NCBI GenBank assembly: GCA_963727485.1
Contig: CAVSGM010000003.1
Span: 288,001 to 352,000, forward strand
DNA: 64,000 nucleotides
Direction: 5' to 3'
Source: an uncultured delta proteobacterium
GTDB taxonomy: Bacteria; Myxococcota; Myxococcia; SLRQ01
In this document: one piece after another, positions 39,652 to 53,511 of the stretch
Layout of the letters: each line of letters starts with the position of its first letter
How positions within the stretch are numbered: the stretch's first letter is position 1
Program-made: the position numbers and the translations under genes
Notes under the pieces: generated by a model
Database searches by the model: none
The model's input: only the letters and a program-made list of their open reading frames with translations
What the model was told of the DNA's origin: nothing

Positions 39652-39772
39652 TCTGGCCTCCTCGGGGTTCGGCTCGGGGCTTGGGGGTCGCACCCGCGAC
39701 CCGTGAGTCGACCGTAACCGGGGGCCCCGGGGCCGTCCATTTTTCACCCGGGCGTGGTAGCGCTGACGGGCG

Positions 39773-40852
39773 ATGGACCCCGCGCCCTTTCCCACCACCC
39801 GCTACCAGGGGAGCAAGCGGCGCCTGCGGCCGGCGCTGGCCGAGGTCTTCGAGGGGCTCGCCTTCGACACCGCCCTCGACGCCTTCGCCGGCACCGGGGC
39901 GGTGGCCCACCTGCTCAAGGCCATGGGCAAGCGGGTGGGGGCCAACGACCTGCTGCTCTCGAGCCACCTCACCCAGGTGGCCCTGGTGGAGAACGCCACC
40001 GTGCGCCTCGACCCGGACGCCGCCGCGGGCCTCGGGGAGCCGGTGGCCGGCCGGCGCTACGGGACCTTCGTCGCCGACACCTTCGAGGGCATCTACTTCA
40101 CCCCCGAGGAGAACCGCTGGCTCGACGTCGCCGCCCAGAACGCCGCGCGCCTGACGGGACGGGCGCGGCGGGCCCTGGCCTTCCACGCCCTCTTCCAGGC
40201 GGCGCTCCAGAAGCGCCCCTACAACCTCTTCCACCGGGCGAACCTCGCGCTGCGCACCCGGGACGTCGCGCGGTCCTTCGGGAACAAGCGCACCTGGGAG
40301 CGGCCGTTCCCCGAGCTTGCGGCCCGGGCGGCGCAGGAGGCGTCGGCGGCGGTCTTCGACAACGGGCAGGACAACCGCGCCTTCTGCGCCGACGCCGCCG
40401 ACCTCCCGGGGCACTGGGACCTCGTCTACCTCGACCCGCCCTACCTCTCGCCGGCGGGGCGGGGGACCGACTACCTCGGGCACTACCACTTCCTCGAGGG
40501 GCTCGCGGACTACGCCCGGTGGCCGCTGGGCGTGGACCGGTCGACGAAGCACCGGCGCCTCCGGGCCCGGCCCGATCCCTGGCAGCGCGTGGAGAGCGCC
40601 CGGGACGCCTTCGAGGCGCTCGTGGCGCGGTGGCCGCGGTCGATCCTGGTGACCAGCTGGCGCAGCGACGGGCGCCTGGCGCCCGAGGGCCTGGCGGCGG
40701 TGCTCCGGCGCCACGGCCGCGCGGTGCGGGTGAGCGAGGTGCCCCACCACTACGCCCTCTCGCGCCGGCGCGGGGTGCGCGAGGTGATCCTGGTGTCGCC
40801 GCCCCCGGGTCAGGCCGTCGGCTTGGCGGCGTTCTCCAGCCCCAGCTCCTGA
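39773..40852 (+). CDS. DNA adenine methyltransferase (D12/Dam/FokI-like, alpha class), apparently orphan
   Basis: RYQGSKRRL (motif X), DAFAGTGAV (motif I), DLVYLDPPY (motif IV), YHFLEGL. Confidence 0.9.
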   Translation: MDPAPFPTTRYQGSKRRLRPALAEVFEGLAFDTALDAFAGTGAVAHLLKAMGKRVGANDLLLSSHLTQVALVENATVRLDPDAAAGLGEPVAGRRYGTFVADTFEGIYFTPEENRWLDVAAQNAARLTGRARRALAFHALFQAALQKRPYNLFHRANLALRTRDVARSFGNKRTWERPFPELAARAAQEASAAVFDNGQDNRAFCADAADLPGHWDLVYLDPPYLSPAGRGTDYLGHYHFLEGLADYARWPLGVDRSTKHRRLRARPDPWQRVESARDAFEALVARWPRSILVTSWRSDGRLAPEGLAAVLRRHGRAVRVSEVPHHYALSRRRGVREVILVSPPPGQAVGLAAFSSPSS

Positions 40853-42510
40853 ACCGAGATCTCGCGCATCTTGTACTTCTGGATCTTCCCGGTGACGGTC
40901 ATGGGGAAGGCGTCCACGAGCTTCACGTACCGGGGGATCTTGAACGAGGCGATCTGGCCGCGGCAGAAGCTCTTGATGTCGTCCTCGGTGACGGTCTCGC
41001 CCTCCTTGGGCTTCACCCAGGCGCAGATCTGCTCGCCGTACTTCTCGTCGGGGACCCCGATGACCTGCACGTCGGCGACCTTGGGGTGGGTGTAGAGGAA
41101 CTCCTCGATCTCGCGCGGGTACACGTTCTCGCCGCCGCGGATGATCATGTCCTTGATGCGCCCGACGATGTTCACGTAGCCGTTCTCGCGCATCACCGCC
41201 AGGTCGCCGGTGTGCATCCACCGGGCGGCGTCGATGGCCTCGCGCGTGGCCTCCTCGTTCTCCCAGTAGCCGAGCATCACCGGGTAGCCGCGGGTGCACA
41301 GCTCGCCCCGCTCGCCCCTGGGCACCACCGCGCCGCTCAGGGGATCGACGAGCTTCACCTCCACGTGGGGGTGGATGGAGCCCACGGTGCTCACCCGCAG
41401 CTCCAAATCGTCGTCGACCTTCGACTGGAAGCTCACCGGGCTGGTCTCGGTCATCCCGTAGGCGATGGTCACCTCGCGCATGTGCATCCGGTCGATGACC
41501 TTGCGCATCACCTCCACCGGGCACGGCGAGCCGGCCATGATCCCGGTGCGCAGGCTCGTGAGGTCGAAGGCGTCGAACTCGGGGTGGTCGAGCTCGGCGA
41601 TGAACATGGTGGGCACGCCGTAGAGGGCGGTGCACTTCTCGGCGGCGACGGTCTCCAGGACCGCCAGGGGGTCGAAGGCCTCGCCCTGGAGCACGATGGT
41701 GGCGCCGTGGGTCATGGCGGCGAGGTTCCCCAGGACCATGCCGAAGCAGTGGTAGAAGGGCACCGGCACGCACACCCGGTCGGCGTCGGTGAACCGGCAC
41801 CGCTCGCCGATGAAGAACCCGTTGTTGAGGATGTTGTGGTGGGAGAGGGTGGCGCCCTTGGGGAAGCCGGTGGTGCCCGAGGTGTACTGGATGTTGATCG
41901 CCTCGTCGAACTGGAGGCTCGCCGAGCGGGTGCGGTAGGCGTCGAGGGAGGTGTCGCCCGACTTGGCGCGCACGGCGTCCCAGGTCCAGGCGGCCTTCGA
42001 CGGCGCCTCGGGGCCGATATAGATGACGCCCCGCAGGTGCGGGAGCTTCTCGCTCTTGAGCTCCCCGGGGTCGTGGTCCTTCAGCTCCGGGGCGAGCTCG
42101 TGGAGCATGGCCACGTAGTCGGTCTGGCGGAACCGGGTCGCCGAGATGAGGAGCGACACCCCGCTCTGGTTGAGGGCGTAGGCGAGCTCGTGGGTCCGGT
42201 AGGCGGGGTTGATGTTCACCAGGATGGCGCCGATCTGGGCGGTGGCGTACTGGGCCACCATCCACTCGGCGTTGTTGGCGCTCCAGATGCCCACCCGGTT
42301 GCCCTTCTGGACCCCGAGGGTCATCAGGCCCCGGGCCACCCGGTCCACCTCGGCCTTGAGCTCGGCGTAGGTGTAGCGGACGGCCTGGTGGCGGGAGACC
42401 AGGGCCTCGGCGTCGGGGTACTTCTCGGCGACCTGGTCGAAGTAGGCGCCGATGGTGGCACCGAGGAGCGGTACCTCCGAGGCACCGTGGACGTAGGAGA
42501 GCGCGGGCAT
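40810..42510 (-). CDS. AMP-dependent acyl-CoA synthetase (ACSF2/YngI-like)
   Basis: [54 protein letters not shown]. Confidence 0.95.
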   Translation of the reverse strand: MPALSYVHGASEVPLLGATIGAYFDQVAEKYPDAEALVSRHQAVRYTYAELKAEVDRVARGLMTLGVQKGNRVGIWSANNAEWMVAQYATAQIGAILVNINPAYRTHELAYALNQSGVSLLISATRFRQTDYVAMLHELAPELKDHDPGELKSEKLPHLRGVIYIGPEAPSKAAWTWDAVRAKSGDTSLDAYRTRSASLQFDEAINIQYTSGTTGFPKGATLSHHNILNNGFFIGERCRFTDADRVCVPVPFYHCFGMVLGNLAAMTHGATIVLQGEAFDPLAVLETVAAEKCTALYGVPTMFIAELDHPEFDAFDLTSLRTGIMAGSPCPVEVMRKVIDRMHMREVTIAYGMTETSPVSFQSKVDDDLELRVSTVGSIHPHVEVKLVDPLSGAVVPRGERGELCTRGYPVMLGYWENEEATREAIDAARWMHTGDLAVMRENGYVNIVGRIKDMIIRGGENVYPREIEEFLYTHPKVADVQVIGVPDEKYGEQICAWVKPKEGETVTEDDIKSFCRGQIASFKIPRYVKLVDAFPMTVTGKIQKYKMREISVQELGLENAAKPTA

Positions 42511-42618
42511 CCCAACCTCCCGGGTTGATCGAACCCTGAGAGGCTATGTGTCGGGAGCGGGGTGGGCAACGGCGCGCGGGGCGTTGCGCGGCGGGGCGCG
42601 GCGGGGGACCATGGGGCG

Positions 42619-44135
42619 ATGCGCCATCGCCGTCCCCGGGCCCGTGCCGCCGCCCCTGCGCCGGGCTCCGTCACCGGACTCCTCGCCGCGGGCCTCGTGC
42701 TCCTCGCCGGCTGCGGGCCCGCGGCGTCCCCGGCGCCGTCGTACGTGGTGGCCCCGGCCGGCCACCGGGCGCCGCTGACCGCCGGCGCCTTCCTGCCCCT
42801 GCGCACCGCCGGCCCCCGGATCCTCGACGCCGCCGGCCGCCAGGTGATCCTCCGGGGCCTCGAGATCCACGACCTCCAGGACGTGGCCTACGGGGGCCGG
42901 CGGGTGCTCCCCGGCGACGACGCCCGCATCGCCAGCTGGGGCTTCACCACCGTGCGCTTCGCGATCTCCCTGGTCGAAGGTGGAGCCGCTGCCGGGCCAC
43001 TTCGACGCCGCCTACCTGGGTGAAGATCCAGGCGGCCCTCGACGCGGCGCAGGCCGCCGGGCTCACGGTGATCCTCGAGTGGCACCAGGACCTCTTCGGC
43101 CGCTGCGCCGAGGCCCCGGGGACGGCGCTGGCCTACTCGGCGAACGGCGCGCCCAACTGGGCCTGCCCCCCGGGCTTCGTCCCCTCGACCTTCGGCCACC
43201 TCGCCCTCTTCGACCGCCTCTGGCACAACGACGACCGGCTCCTCGACGCCTTCATCGCCGCCTGGACCCAGGTGATCCAGGCGGTGGGCGAGAGCCCGGC
43301 GCTGCTGGGCTACGACGTCATCAACGAGCCCCAGGGCACCGGTGGCTCGCCCACCGTGGAGCGCGACGAGGTCTACCCGGCCTACCGGAAGCTGGTCCCG
43401 GCGCTCCGGGCCGCCGGCGCGGGCGGCCTGCTCTTCCTCGACGCCCCGGAGCTGCGCAACGAGTCGCCCAGGCTCTACACCGAGGACCTCTCGGACCTCG
43501 GCCCGGGCGTGGTCTTCGCCCCCCACCTCTACTCGGCGTGGACGGTGCTCTACGTCTTCCACCAGCGGGTCAGTGCCGACACCATGGCCGCCGACTTCGA
43601 CGCCGCCGAGGAGCAGGCGGGCGCGCTCCACCTCCCGGTGTGGAACGGCGAGTGGGGCGTGAACCTCAACCTCGACGGTGCCCTCGACGACCTGAAGACC
43701 CACGTGGGCCTCGAGGACGATCACCTCATGGGCTCGAGCTACTGGTCGTTCTCGGAGATCGCCCCCTGGCCCGCGGATCCCGCCGACGCCGGGGCCCAGG
43801 CCCTCCTCGACGCGCACCATCGGCCGCGGCCCGAGGTCCTCGACGTCCTCTCCCGGCCGTACCCCATCCAGACGCCCGGGACCCTGACGAAGATCCGCTA
43901 CGACTTCGCCGCCCGCACCCTCACCGTGGGTCTCGACCTCGATCCCTCGGTGACGGCACCGATGGTCCTCTACGCCCCGGCGCGTCACTTCGGCGCCCAC
44001 GTCTGCCTCACCGTGGACGGCGGCGACGGCTGGACCTTCAGCGCCGCCCCCCACGACCGCATCCTGGTGCGCTTCGCCGGCACCGGCCACCGCACCGTCC
44101 ACCTCGCCGCCTGCCCCGGAGACCACGCGCCATGA
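42619..44135 (+). CDS. GH5 glycoside hydrolase lipoprotein, endoglycoceramidase-like (frameshifts near 42970 and 43019)
   Basis: LAGC lipobox, ILDAAGRQVILRG, WGFTTVRFAIS(W)SKVEPLPGHFDAAYL, WHQDLF, GAPNWA, YDVINEP (acid/base), FAPHLY, WNGEWG (nucleophile), LSRPYP...GT C-terminal domain. Confidence 0.85.
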
Positions 44136-44665
44136 GCTGGATTGCCCGCTTCCTCAAGCAGCCCCACGGTCGCTACCGCGACTTCCAGATCGTGTTCACG
44201 ATCCTGACGCTGAACTTCGTGATCCCGGCGTTCAGCTACACCTTCCTGCCCCAGGTGGCGGTGGGCCAGTTCCTCCACATCAACCAGGCCCTCGGGGGCC
44301 ACGCCTACACCTTCCCCGAGGCGGGCAGCCGCCTGTGGCGCTACCTGGGCGCGGCCAACGTGATGACCCTGGGGTTCATGTGCCTTTTGCTCCAGCTCGA
44401 CCTGCGCCGCTACCAGGCGGTGCTGGTGCCCCTGGTGTTCATGAAGTTCTACGCGGCGAGCATGTGGCTCGGCGGCTTCATCCAGGCGCCGGAGTACCCG
44501 GTGCTCCTCGCCGCGGCGATCCTCGACTACACCACCACCGCGGCGTTCCTCTTCTTCGGGATCCGGGCGATGCGCCAGATCGCGGGCAAGCCCGACGCCG
44601 AGCTGGTGCCCCGGCCGTGGTCGGCGCGCCACGCGGGGTCGGTGGCGGCGCCCGGCGGCGGCTGA
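44132..44665 (+). CDS. Four-TM membrane protein
   Basis: ATGA overlap with the GH5 gene; four hydrophobic segments. Confidence 0.75.
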   Translation: MSWIARFLKQPHGRYRDFQIVFTILTLNFVIPAFSYTFLPQVAVGQFLHINQALGGHAYTFPEAGSRLWRYLGAANVMTLGFMCLLLQLDLRRYQAVLVPLVFMKFYAASMWLGGFIQAPEYPVLLAAAILDYTTTAAFLFFGIRAMRQIAGKPDAELVPRPWSARHAGSVAAPGGG

Positions 44666-44744
44666 TAGGGTCTCGCTCGAGGGGGCGGTCCCGGGCCGAA
44701 GGGTCCGGGCCAGGCACCGGCCCGTGGGCCGGACGGGGGACACG

Positions 44745-46265
44745 ATGAGAACGCACGCCGGGACCTTTCCGGGGATCACCGCGCTCGTGGGGCTGGCCGC
44801 GCTCGGCCTCGCCGGGTGCGCCGGATCCTCGCCCACGCCGAAGACCCAGGGCTGCGATGCCACGGCCTCGCCGATGGACACGGCGTGCGTGGTCACCGAG
44901 GACTACGGGGTCTTCGTCGACGCCGACCAGGGCAACGACCACGGCACGGGGACGCGGGGGGCGCCGTTCAAGACCCTCTCGGCGGCCGCGGCCGCGGCGG
45001 CGAAGACCCACAAGCGGGTCTACGCCTGCGCCGGCACCTACCCCGAGCACCTCCAGCTCGACCTCACCGACGACGGCCTGGAGATCTACGGCGGCTTCGA
45101 CTGCGCCACCTGGAAGCCCGGCGCCGGCAAGACCACGGTGGCGCCCGCAGACGCGGGCCCGGCCCTCCAGGTCGCCGGCACCGACGGGCTTCGGATCGAG
45201 GACGTGGACCTCGTGGCCATCGACGGCGAGCAGCAGGGCCAGGGCAGCGTCGGCGCCATCGTCGACAACGCCCTGCAGGTCCGCCTCGCGGGGGTGGGGA
45301 TCACCGCGGGCGCCGGCGTCGACGGCAAGAACGGCCCGCCGTTCGCGGTGGCGCAGGCCAAGGACGGTCTCCCCGGACACGACGGCGTCGCCGCCTGCAC
45401 CACCAACCCCAACCCCGGGGGCGCGGTGGTGGACCTCGACTGCGGCACCGGGACCACCGAGGGGGGCGCGGGGGGTGCCGGAGGGGTTTCGAGCTCGAGC
45501 TCGCAGGGCGGGAACAACGGCTTCCCCCTCATCATCGACGGCAACGGGGGGCAAGGGGGCAGCGGGTCGAGCTTCAGCTGTGCCGTGGGCGGCACCGGCG
45601 GCGGCGGCCAGGGAGGCGGCGACGGTACCGAGGGGGTCGATGGCGCCGCGGGCACGGGCCTCGGGGCCATCGCCGGCGACGGCTACCACGGCGCCGACGG
45701 CGGGGACGGCACCAACGGCGGCAACGGCCAGGGCGGCGGAGGCGGGGCCGGCGCCCCGGCGCCCGGGGGCGCCTCCCAGCTGGTGTGCTCGAGTGTCGGC
45801 ATCAACACTGGCGCCGGCGGCGGGAGCGGGGGCACCGGCGGCTGCGGCGGCCTCGGCGGCGCCGGGGGGCAGGCCGGCGGCTCGAGCATCGCCCTCATCT
45901 CCCTGGACTCGGGCCTGGTCCTCGATCACTGCCAGCTCACGGCGGGGACGCCGGGCAACGGCGGCAGCGGCGCCGCCGGCCAGATCCATGGCTCCGGCGG
46001 CCAGCGCGGCGAAGGGGGCCCGGCCGGCAGCGGTACCGACGGGTGCCCCGGCGGCAACGGCGGCCAGGGCGGCAACGGCGGCGCCGGCGGCGGCGGCCAG
46101 GGGGGCCACTCCCTGGGCATCGCCTACTACGGCCACGCGCCGACGCTGACCAGCACCACGGTCATCCACGCCAGCGCCGGGGGCCCCGGCGGCGCCGGGG
46201 GGCTCCTGGGCACCCCGGGCAACGGGGGCTCCGACGGCGTCGCCGCCGACGTCCAGCGCTTCTGA
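44745..46265 (+). CDS. Gly-rich (PGRS-like) lipoprotein with N-terminal DUF1565-like beta-helix start
   Basis: LAGC lipobox, VFVD...GND...GTR.APFKTL..A...VYACAGTY.E, long GGxGGxGG runs. Confidence 0.8.
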   Translation: MRTHAGTFPGITALVGLAALGLAGCAGSSPTPKTQGCDATASPMDTACVVTEDYGVFVDADQGNDHGTGTRGAPFKTLSAAAAAAAKTHKRVYACAGTYPEHLQLDLTDDGLEIYGGFDCATWKPGAGKTTVAPADAGPALQVAGTDGLRIEDVDLVAIDGEQQGQGSVGAIVDNALQVRLAGVGITAGAGVDGKNGPPFAVAQAKDGLPGHDGVAACTTNPNPGGAVVDLDCGTGTTEGGAGGAGGVSSSSSQGGNNGFPLIIDGNGGQGGSGSSFSCAVGGTGGGGQGGGDGTEGVDGAAGTGLGAIAGDGYHGADGGDGTNGGNGQGGGGGAGAPAPGGASQLVCSSVGINTGAGGGSGGTGGCGGLGGAGGQAGGSSIALISLDSGLVLDHCQLTAGTPGNGGSGAAGQIHGSGGQRGEGGPAGSGTDGCPGGNGGQGGNGGAGGGGQGGHSLGIAYYGHAPTLTSTTVIHASAGGPGGAGGLLGTPGNGGSDGVAADVQRF

Positions 46266-46359
46266 AGACGGGCGCCGGCGGTCCGGTGACGGCGCGGGCC
46301 GCGAGCCGGACCCGCCGGCCCGCGTTGCCTGGTCGGGCCGGGTCGGGCACCCTGACCCC

Positions 46360-48469
46360 ATGATTGATGTTCGCGCCTGGCGTCGCCTGCGCACCCTGCG
46401 TCTCGCCGCCGGCCTCGCCGCCGGCCTCCTCGCCGCCGCCGGCTGCGCCCCGGGCGCGGGGGGCCACACGACGGCCACCTCGAAGATCACGGTGGTCCGC
46501 GCCGGCGACGGCGGCGGGACGGTCACCTCGACGCCGGCGGGGATCGACTGCGGGACCACCTGCGCCGCCGCCTTCGACGACGGCCACGAGGTGACCCTGG
46601 ACGCGGCCCCCGACGGGAGCTCGGTGCTCTCGGGGTGGCAGGGCTGCGACCACCAGAGCGGCTACAGCTGCATGGTGGCCCTGACGACCGACCGCACGGT
46701 CACCGCCACCTTCGCGCCGAAGCCCACCACCGCCACCCTCACGGTGCAGCTCGTGGGTGACGGCGGGGGCACGGTGGACGACGGGCAGGGCTTCACCTGC
46801 ACCGGCGGCACCTGCACCCACGACTACGCGGTTGGGACCTCGGTGACCCTCACCGCCACCCCCGACGGCACCTCGGCCTTCGGCGCCTTCGCCGGGTGCG
46901 ACGGCGGCACCGGCGACACCTGCACCGTGACCCTGGACGCCCCGGCGACGGTGACCGCCACCTTCGACGCGGTGCCCACGGACATCACCGGCCTCACGGT
47001 GACCCCGGCGCTCCAGTCGCTCCACCTGGCCTGGACCAACCCCCAGGTGGCGAGCTTCGACCACGCTCGGGTCTACTTGACCGGGCCCGGGCAGGCCGGG
47101 GCGGGGCAGGACGTCACGGTTGCCAGCGTCGACGCGGCGGGGCTCGTCCCCGGGGCCAGCTACAGGGTCAAGGTCACGGCGGTGGACGCGAGCGGCGTCG
47201 AGTCCACCGGGGCGAACCTCGACGTCACCACCCACTGCACCGGCGCGGCCGCGGACTTCACCGCCGGCCAGTCGGCGGCGACCCTCGCCTCGGGCCAGGT
47301 GTTCCTCGCCTGGACCGGCGCCACCACCGGGAACCTCTACCTGGGCGAGTCGGCGCCGCTGGCCGGCGACGAGCTGTGGCTCGCCGTGGACACCGACCCC
47401 GACGCCGGGGACGCCACCGGCAAGGCAAACTTCGCCCAGGGCGCCGGCGAGATCCTCTGGCCCTTCAAGGCCGACGCGGTGGTGGCGCTCACCGAGAGCG
47501 GGAACGCCCGGCTGTGGCTCGCGTCGGATCCGACGACGGTCGACGGGAACGGAAACCCGGTCCACAAGTGGACGTCGCTCGCGGTGGTCGACGGGGTGGG
47601 CGGGGCGGCGGTCACCGAATGGGGGGTGAACCTGTCGGCCCTCGGCCTCGACGGGACCACCCACGCGCGCTTCGCCTTGGTGACCCTGGAGCCCACCACC
47701 GGGAAGAGCCGGGACCTGTCGCCGGCGAGCCAGACCGCCACCGACGTCACCGGCCTCTCCACCAGCCCCACCTCGGGCTTCCAGGCGACGCCCTTCGATC
47801 TGGCGGGCCTCGGCACCAGCCTCGCCACCCCCGTGGACGCCCCGAGCCTGGTCACCTTCACGGTCACCGACCCGGGCGCCACCGGCCCGGTGCAGCTCCT
47901 GGGGAGCCGGCCCCCGCTGACCCCGACCCTCCCGGCCGGCTACCAGCTCGCAACCGGGAGCACCGCGGGGACCTACACCGGCACCTTCAACCTCGGCGGG
48001 GCGAGCGGCGACGTCTACTTCCGGTTCACCGACGCCGGGACCCCGGAGACCCTCGGCGGCGCCCCGGTCCTTCGGGTCCACGGGCTCTCCGGCGCCAGCG
48101 AGTCGGTGCCGGCCGTCACCTTCGGCCAGAGCTTCGACGGCCAGCACCCGTTCACCGTGGACTTCGTGTTCACCGACGACGGCACCCAGGGGACGCCGGT
48201 GGAGCTGGTGGGCAGCGCCCCGGAGCTCGGGCTCGGGGACCGCCGGCGCCGGGGCCCCGGTGACCCTGGTCGCCGGGGCCACCGACCAGTACGCGGCGCA
48301 GGTCACGTTCACCAGCGGGGTGGACCCGTCGGCGACGCCGCTGACCTGGCAGGTCGGCTACGGGGGCGGCACCCTCGAGTCCGGGGGCACCCACCAGGCC
48401 CAGGTCGATGTGGTGGACCACGCGACCTTCCGTTGGACCGCCCGCGACGGCGCGCGCTTCCCCTACTAG
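46360..48469 (+). CDS. Multidomain surface lipoprotein (InlB-B-like repeats, FN3, C-terminal CBM20-like modules; frameshift near 48237)
   Basis: AAGC lipobox, two G.GTV...GIDCG..C...VTL.A.P...F.GW/F.GC repeats, FN3 (GL.PG.SY.VKVTAVD), V.LLGS/VELVGSAPELG motifs. Confidence 0.7.
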
Positions 48470-48577
48470 GCCGGTCGGTGAGCCGCCCCGTCGGGGAACG
48501 CCTCCCTTCCCGGGGGCCGGCGGCGGGATAAGGTCACCGCCTGTGACGCCCGCCTCCCCCGCAGAGAGGTCGTGGTC

Positions 48578-49573
48578 ATGGTGCGCCTCATCAAGGCCCT
48601 GGCGCTCGTCGTCGCCGTGATCGCCGGCGTCGCCGGGGCGGCGGCCGTCTGGTTCTTCTCGAGCTACCCCAAGGTGGCGCCGCCCCGGACCCTGGAGGTC
48701 GAGGTCACGCCGGCGCGGCTGGCGCGGGGCGCCTACCTCGCCACCCACGTCACCGGCTGCGTCGACTGCCACAGCCGCCGGGACTTCACCCACTACGCCG
48801 GGCCGGTGATCGCCGGCACCGAGGGGGTCGGGGGCGAGCGCTTCGACGCCCACAACGGCGGGGTCCCCGGCGTCCTCTACGCGCCGAACATCACCCCGGC
48901 GGGGGTGGGCAGGTGGACCGACGGCGAGCTCGCCCGGGCGATCACCGAGGGGGTCTCGCGGGACGGCCGGGCGCTCTTCCCCCTGATGCCCTGGCCCGCC
49001 TTCGCCACCCTCTGCGAGGACGACCTGGAGGCGCTCATCGCCTGGACCCGCCGGCTCAAGGCCCAGGAGAGCATCGTGCCCGCCTCGCGCCTCGAGCTCC
49101 CCATGCGCCTGATGGTGCGCACCATGCCCCGGCCGGTGACCGTGGAGAGCTGCCCCGAGCAGCGCACCGAGGTGGAGACCGGCGCCTACCTGGTGGGGGT
49201 CGCCGGCTGCGCCGACTGCCACACGCCCATGGCGCGCGGGAAGCCCGTCCCCGGGCGCGCGTTCGCCGGGGGCGTGGCCTTCACCTTCCCCGACGGGTCG
49301 GTGGCGCGCTCGGCGAACCTCACGCCCGATCGGAAGACCGGGATCGGCGGGTGGGACCGGGAGAGCTTCATCGCCCGGTTCAAGAGCCACCTCGAGGGGC
49401 CGGCGATGGCCGTGGGCCCCGGGGACCCGCAGACGCCCATGCCCTGGCACCTGTACGCGGGGATGACCGAGGCGGATCTCGGGGCCATCTTCGCCTGGCT
49501 GGAGACGGTGCCGAAGGTGGTGCACGAGGTCGAGCACTTCACCCCGGCGCCCGCGAAGACCGCCGAGCGGTAG
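48578..49573 (+). CDS. Membrane-anchored diheme c-type cytochrome
   Basis: RGAYL...GCVDCH, APNITP, MPW, GAYL...GCADCHTP, SANLTP, MPW. Confidence 0.92.
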   Translation: MVRLIKALALVVAVIAGVAGAAAVWFFSSYPKVAPPRTLEVEVTPARLARGAYLATHVTGCVDCHSRRDFTHYAGPVIAGTEGVGGERFDAHNGGVPGVLYAPNITPAGVGRWTDGELARAITEGVSRDGRALFPLMPWPAFATLCEDDLEALIAWTRRLKAQESIVPASRLELPMRLMVRTMPRPVTVESCPEQRTEVETGAYLVGVAGCADCHTPMARGKPVPGRAFAGGVAFTFPDGSVARSANLTPDRKTGIGGWDRESFIARFKSHLEGPAMAVGPGDPQTPMPWHLYAGMTEADLGAIFAWLETVPKVVHEVEHFTPAPAKTAER

Positions 49574-49667
49574 GCGTGCCCCCGCCGGGGCTGGCTGCCA
49601 CCCACGTGGCGGTGTAGTCCTTGGGGCCGATGGCCCCCCGGGCCCCAGAGCCTCTGGCGCCGGTCTC

Positions 49668-50100
49668 ATGAAGAAGGGCGCCCGCCTCCCCACGATGAGG
49701 CTCGGCGTGGGCGCCGCCGTGCTGCTGACCTTGGGGACGCACTTCACGCTCGAGGAGCGCGCCTTCGTCGCCGGAGCCGTCCCGGTGATCGGGCACGTCG
49801 TCCGCGTCGACAACGATGGCTGTCCCAGGATCGCCGGGGCGAAGCCCGAGGGCGGGACCTCCACGATGTGGAGCAGCGACTGCACGGGGCAGCACCACGG
49901 GCCGGCGGGCGGCCGGGTGACGGTGCTGTGGAACCGACAGCAGGACGAGCTGGAGGTCCAGGGCTTCACCTCGCAGTGGGGGCGATCGTGGCCAGCCAGA
50001 TCGAGTGGGTCTCGACCACCGTCCGACCGACGGCGGCCCCGACCGGCCCCGCGGCCCGCTTCGACCCCCTGGGCTTTGGTCCCCAGCTTGAAGATCTCGC
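49668..50100 (+). other. Possible degenerate DUF3592-like membrane protein fragment
   Basis: Hydrophobic N-terminus then AFVAGAVPVIGHVV...GRVTVLWN...FTSQWG; the frame loses coding character afterwards. Confidence 0.3.
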
Positions 50101-50174
50101 GGGATCGTCGCATCATGCAACGTACCGTCACGGCGTGGCCATATATCGCCAGCCACGCCGGACCCGAGGGGGCT

Positions 50175-50183
50175 TGTGGACAA
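50175..50183 (-). promoter_or_regulatory. DnaA box (TTGTCCACA)
   Basis: Plus strand TGTGGACAA; weaker boxes nearby (TGGTCCACA 50241-50249, CTACCCACA 50253-50261). Confidence 0.55.
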
Positions 50184-50256
50184 CCCACCCACAGCCAGAT
50201 CCGGAGGAAATCCGGCCTGTTGCGCCGTTTTCCCCACCCCTGGTCCACAGCCCTAC

Positions 50257-50303
50257 CCACAACATGTTGGGTCAGTTTTCTGGACGACCACCACATCTGG
50301 CGG
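50257..50303 (+). promoter_or_regulatory. Tandem NrdR boxes upstream of nrdJ
   Basis: CCACAACATGTTGGGT (50257-50272) and CCACCACATCTGGCGG (50288-50303), 31 bp apart, just upstream of TTGACG at 50312. Confidence 0.85.
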
Positions 50304-50546
50304 TTTGCTCCTTGACGTGGGCACACCGACTTCGATAGGAACCGGACTCCGTTCGAGACGGGAAGGTGGTCGCAGGCCGCCTGGGGGAGCGGGCCCCCGG
50401 GCAGACCGAGGTGGAGGCCGTAGGGGGATGGCCGAGGTCATGCCGTTGCTTTTCACGTATTTGTCTTGCCCTGGTGCGGAGACCAGGACGAGGGCGACCC
50501 CGGTGCTCACGAACGCATGCCTCCGAAGGAACGGGTCGTAGTCGCC

Positions 50547-53436
<2,890 letters not shown>

Positions 53437-53444
53437 AGCTGACG

Positions 53445-53478
53445 CCGGTGGGGCCCCGGCGGCGGGCCCCGACCGGCA
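53445..53478 (+). terminator. GC-rich hairpin after nrdJ
   Basis: GCCGGT-GGGGCCC...GGGCCCC-GACCGGC; no clear U-tract. Confidence 0.4.
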
Positions 53479-53511
53479 CCTGAATCTGCGCCGCCCCCGA
53501 CGAGGCTCCAC

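Noticed and set aside
50170..50340. Replication origin
   Set aside because: Few DnaA boxes, no AT-rich unwinding element and no dnaA/dnaN/gidA context; better explained as the nrdJ promoter.
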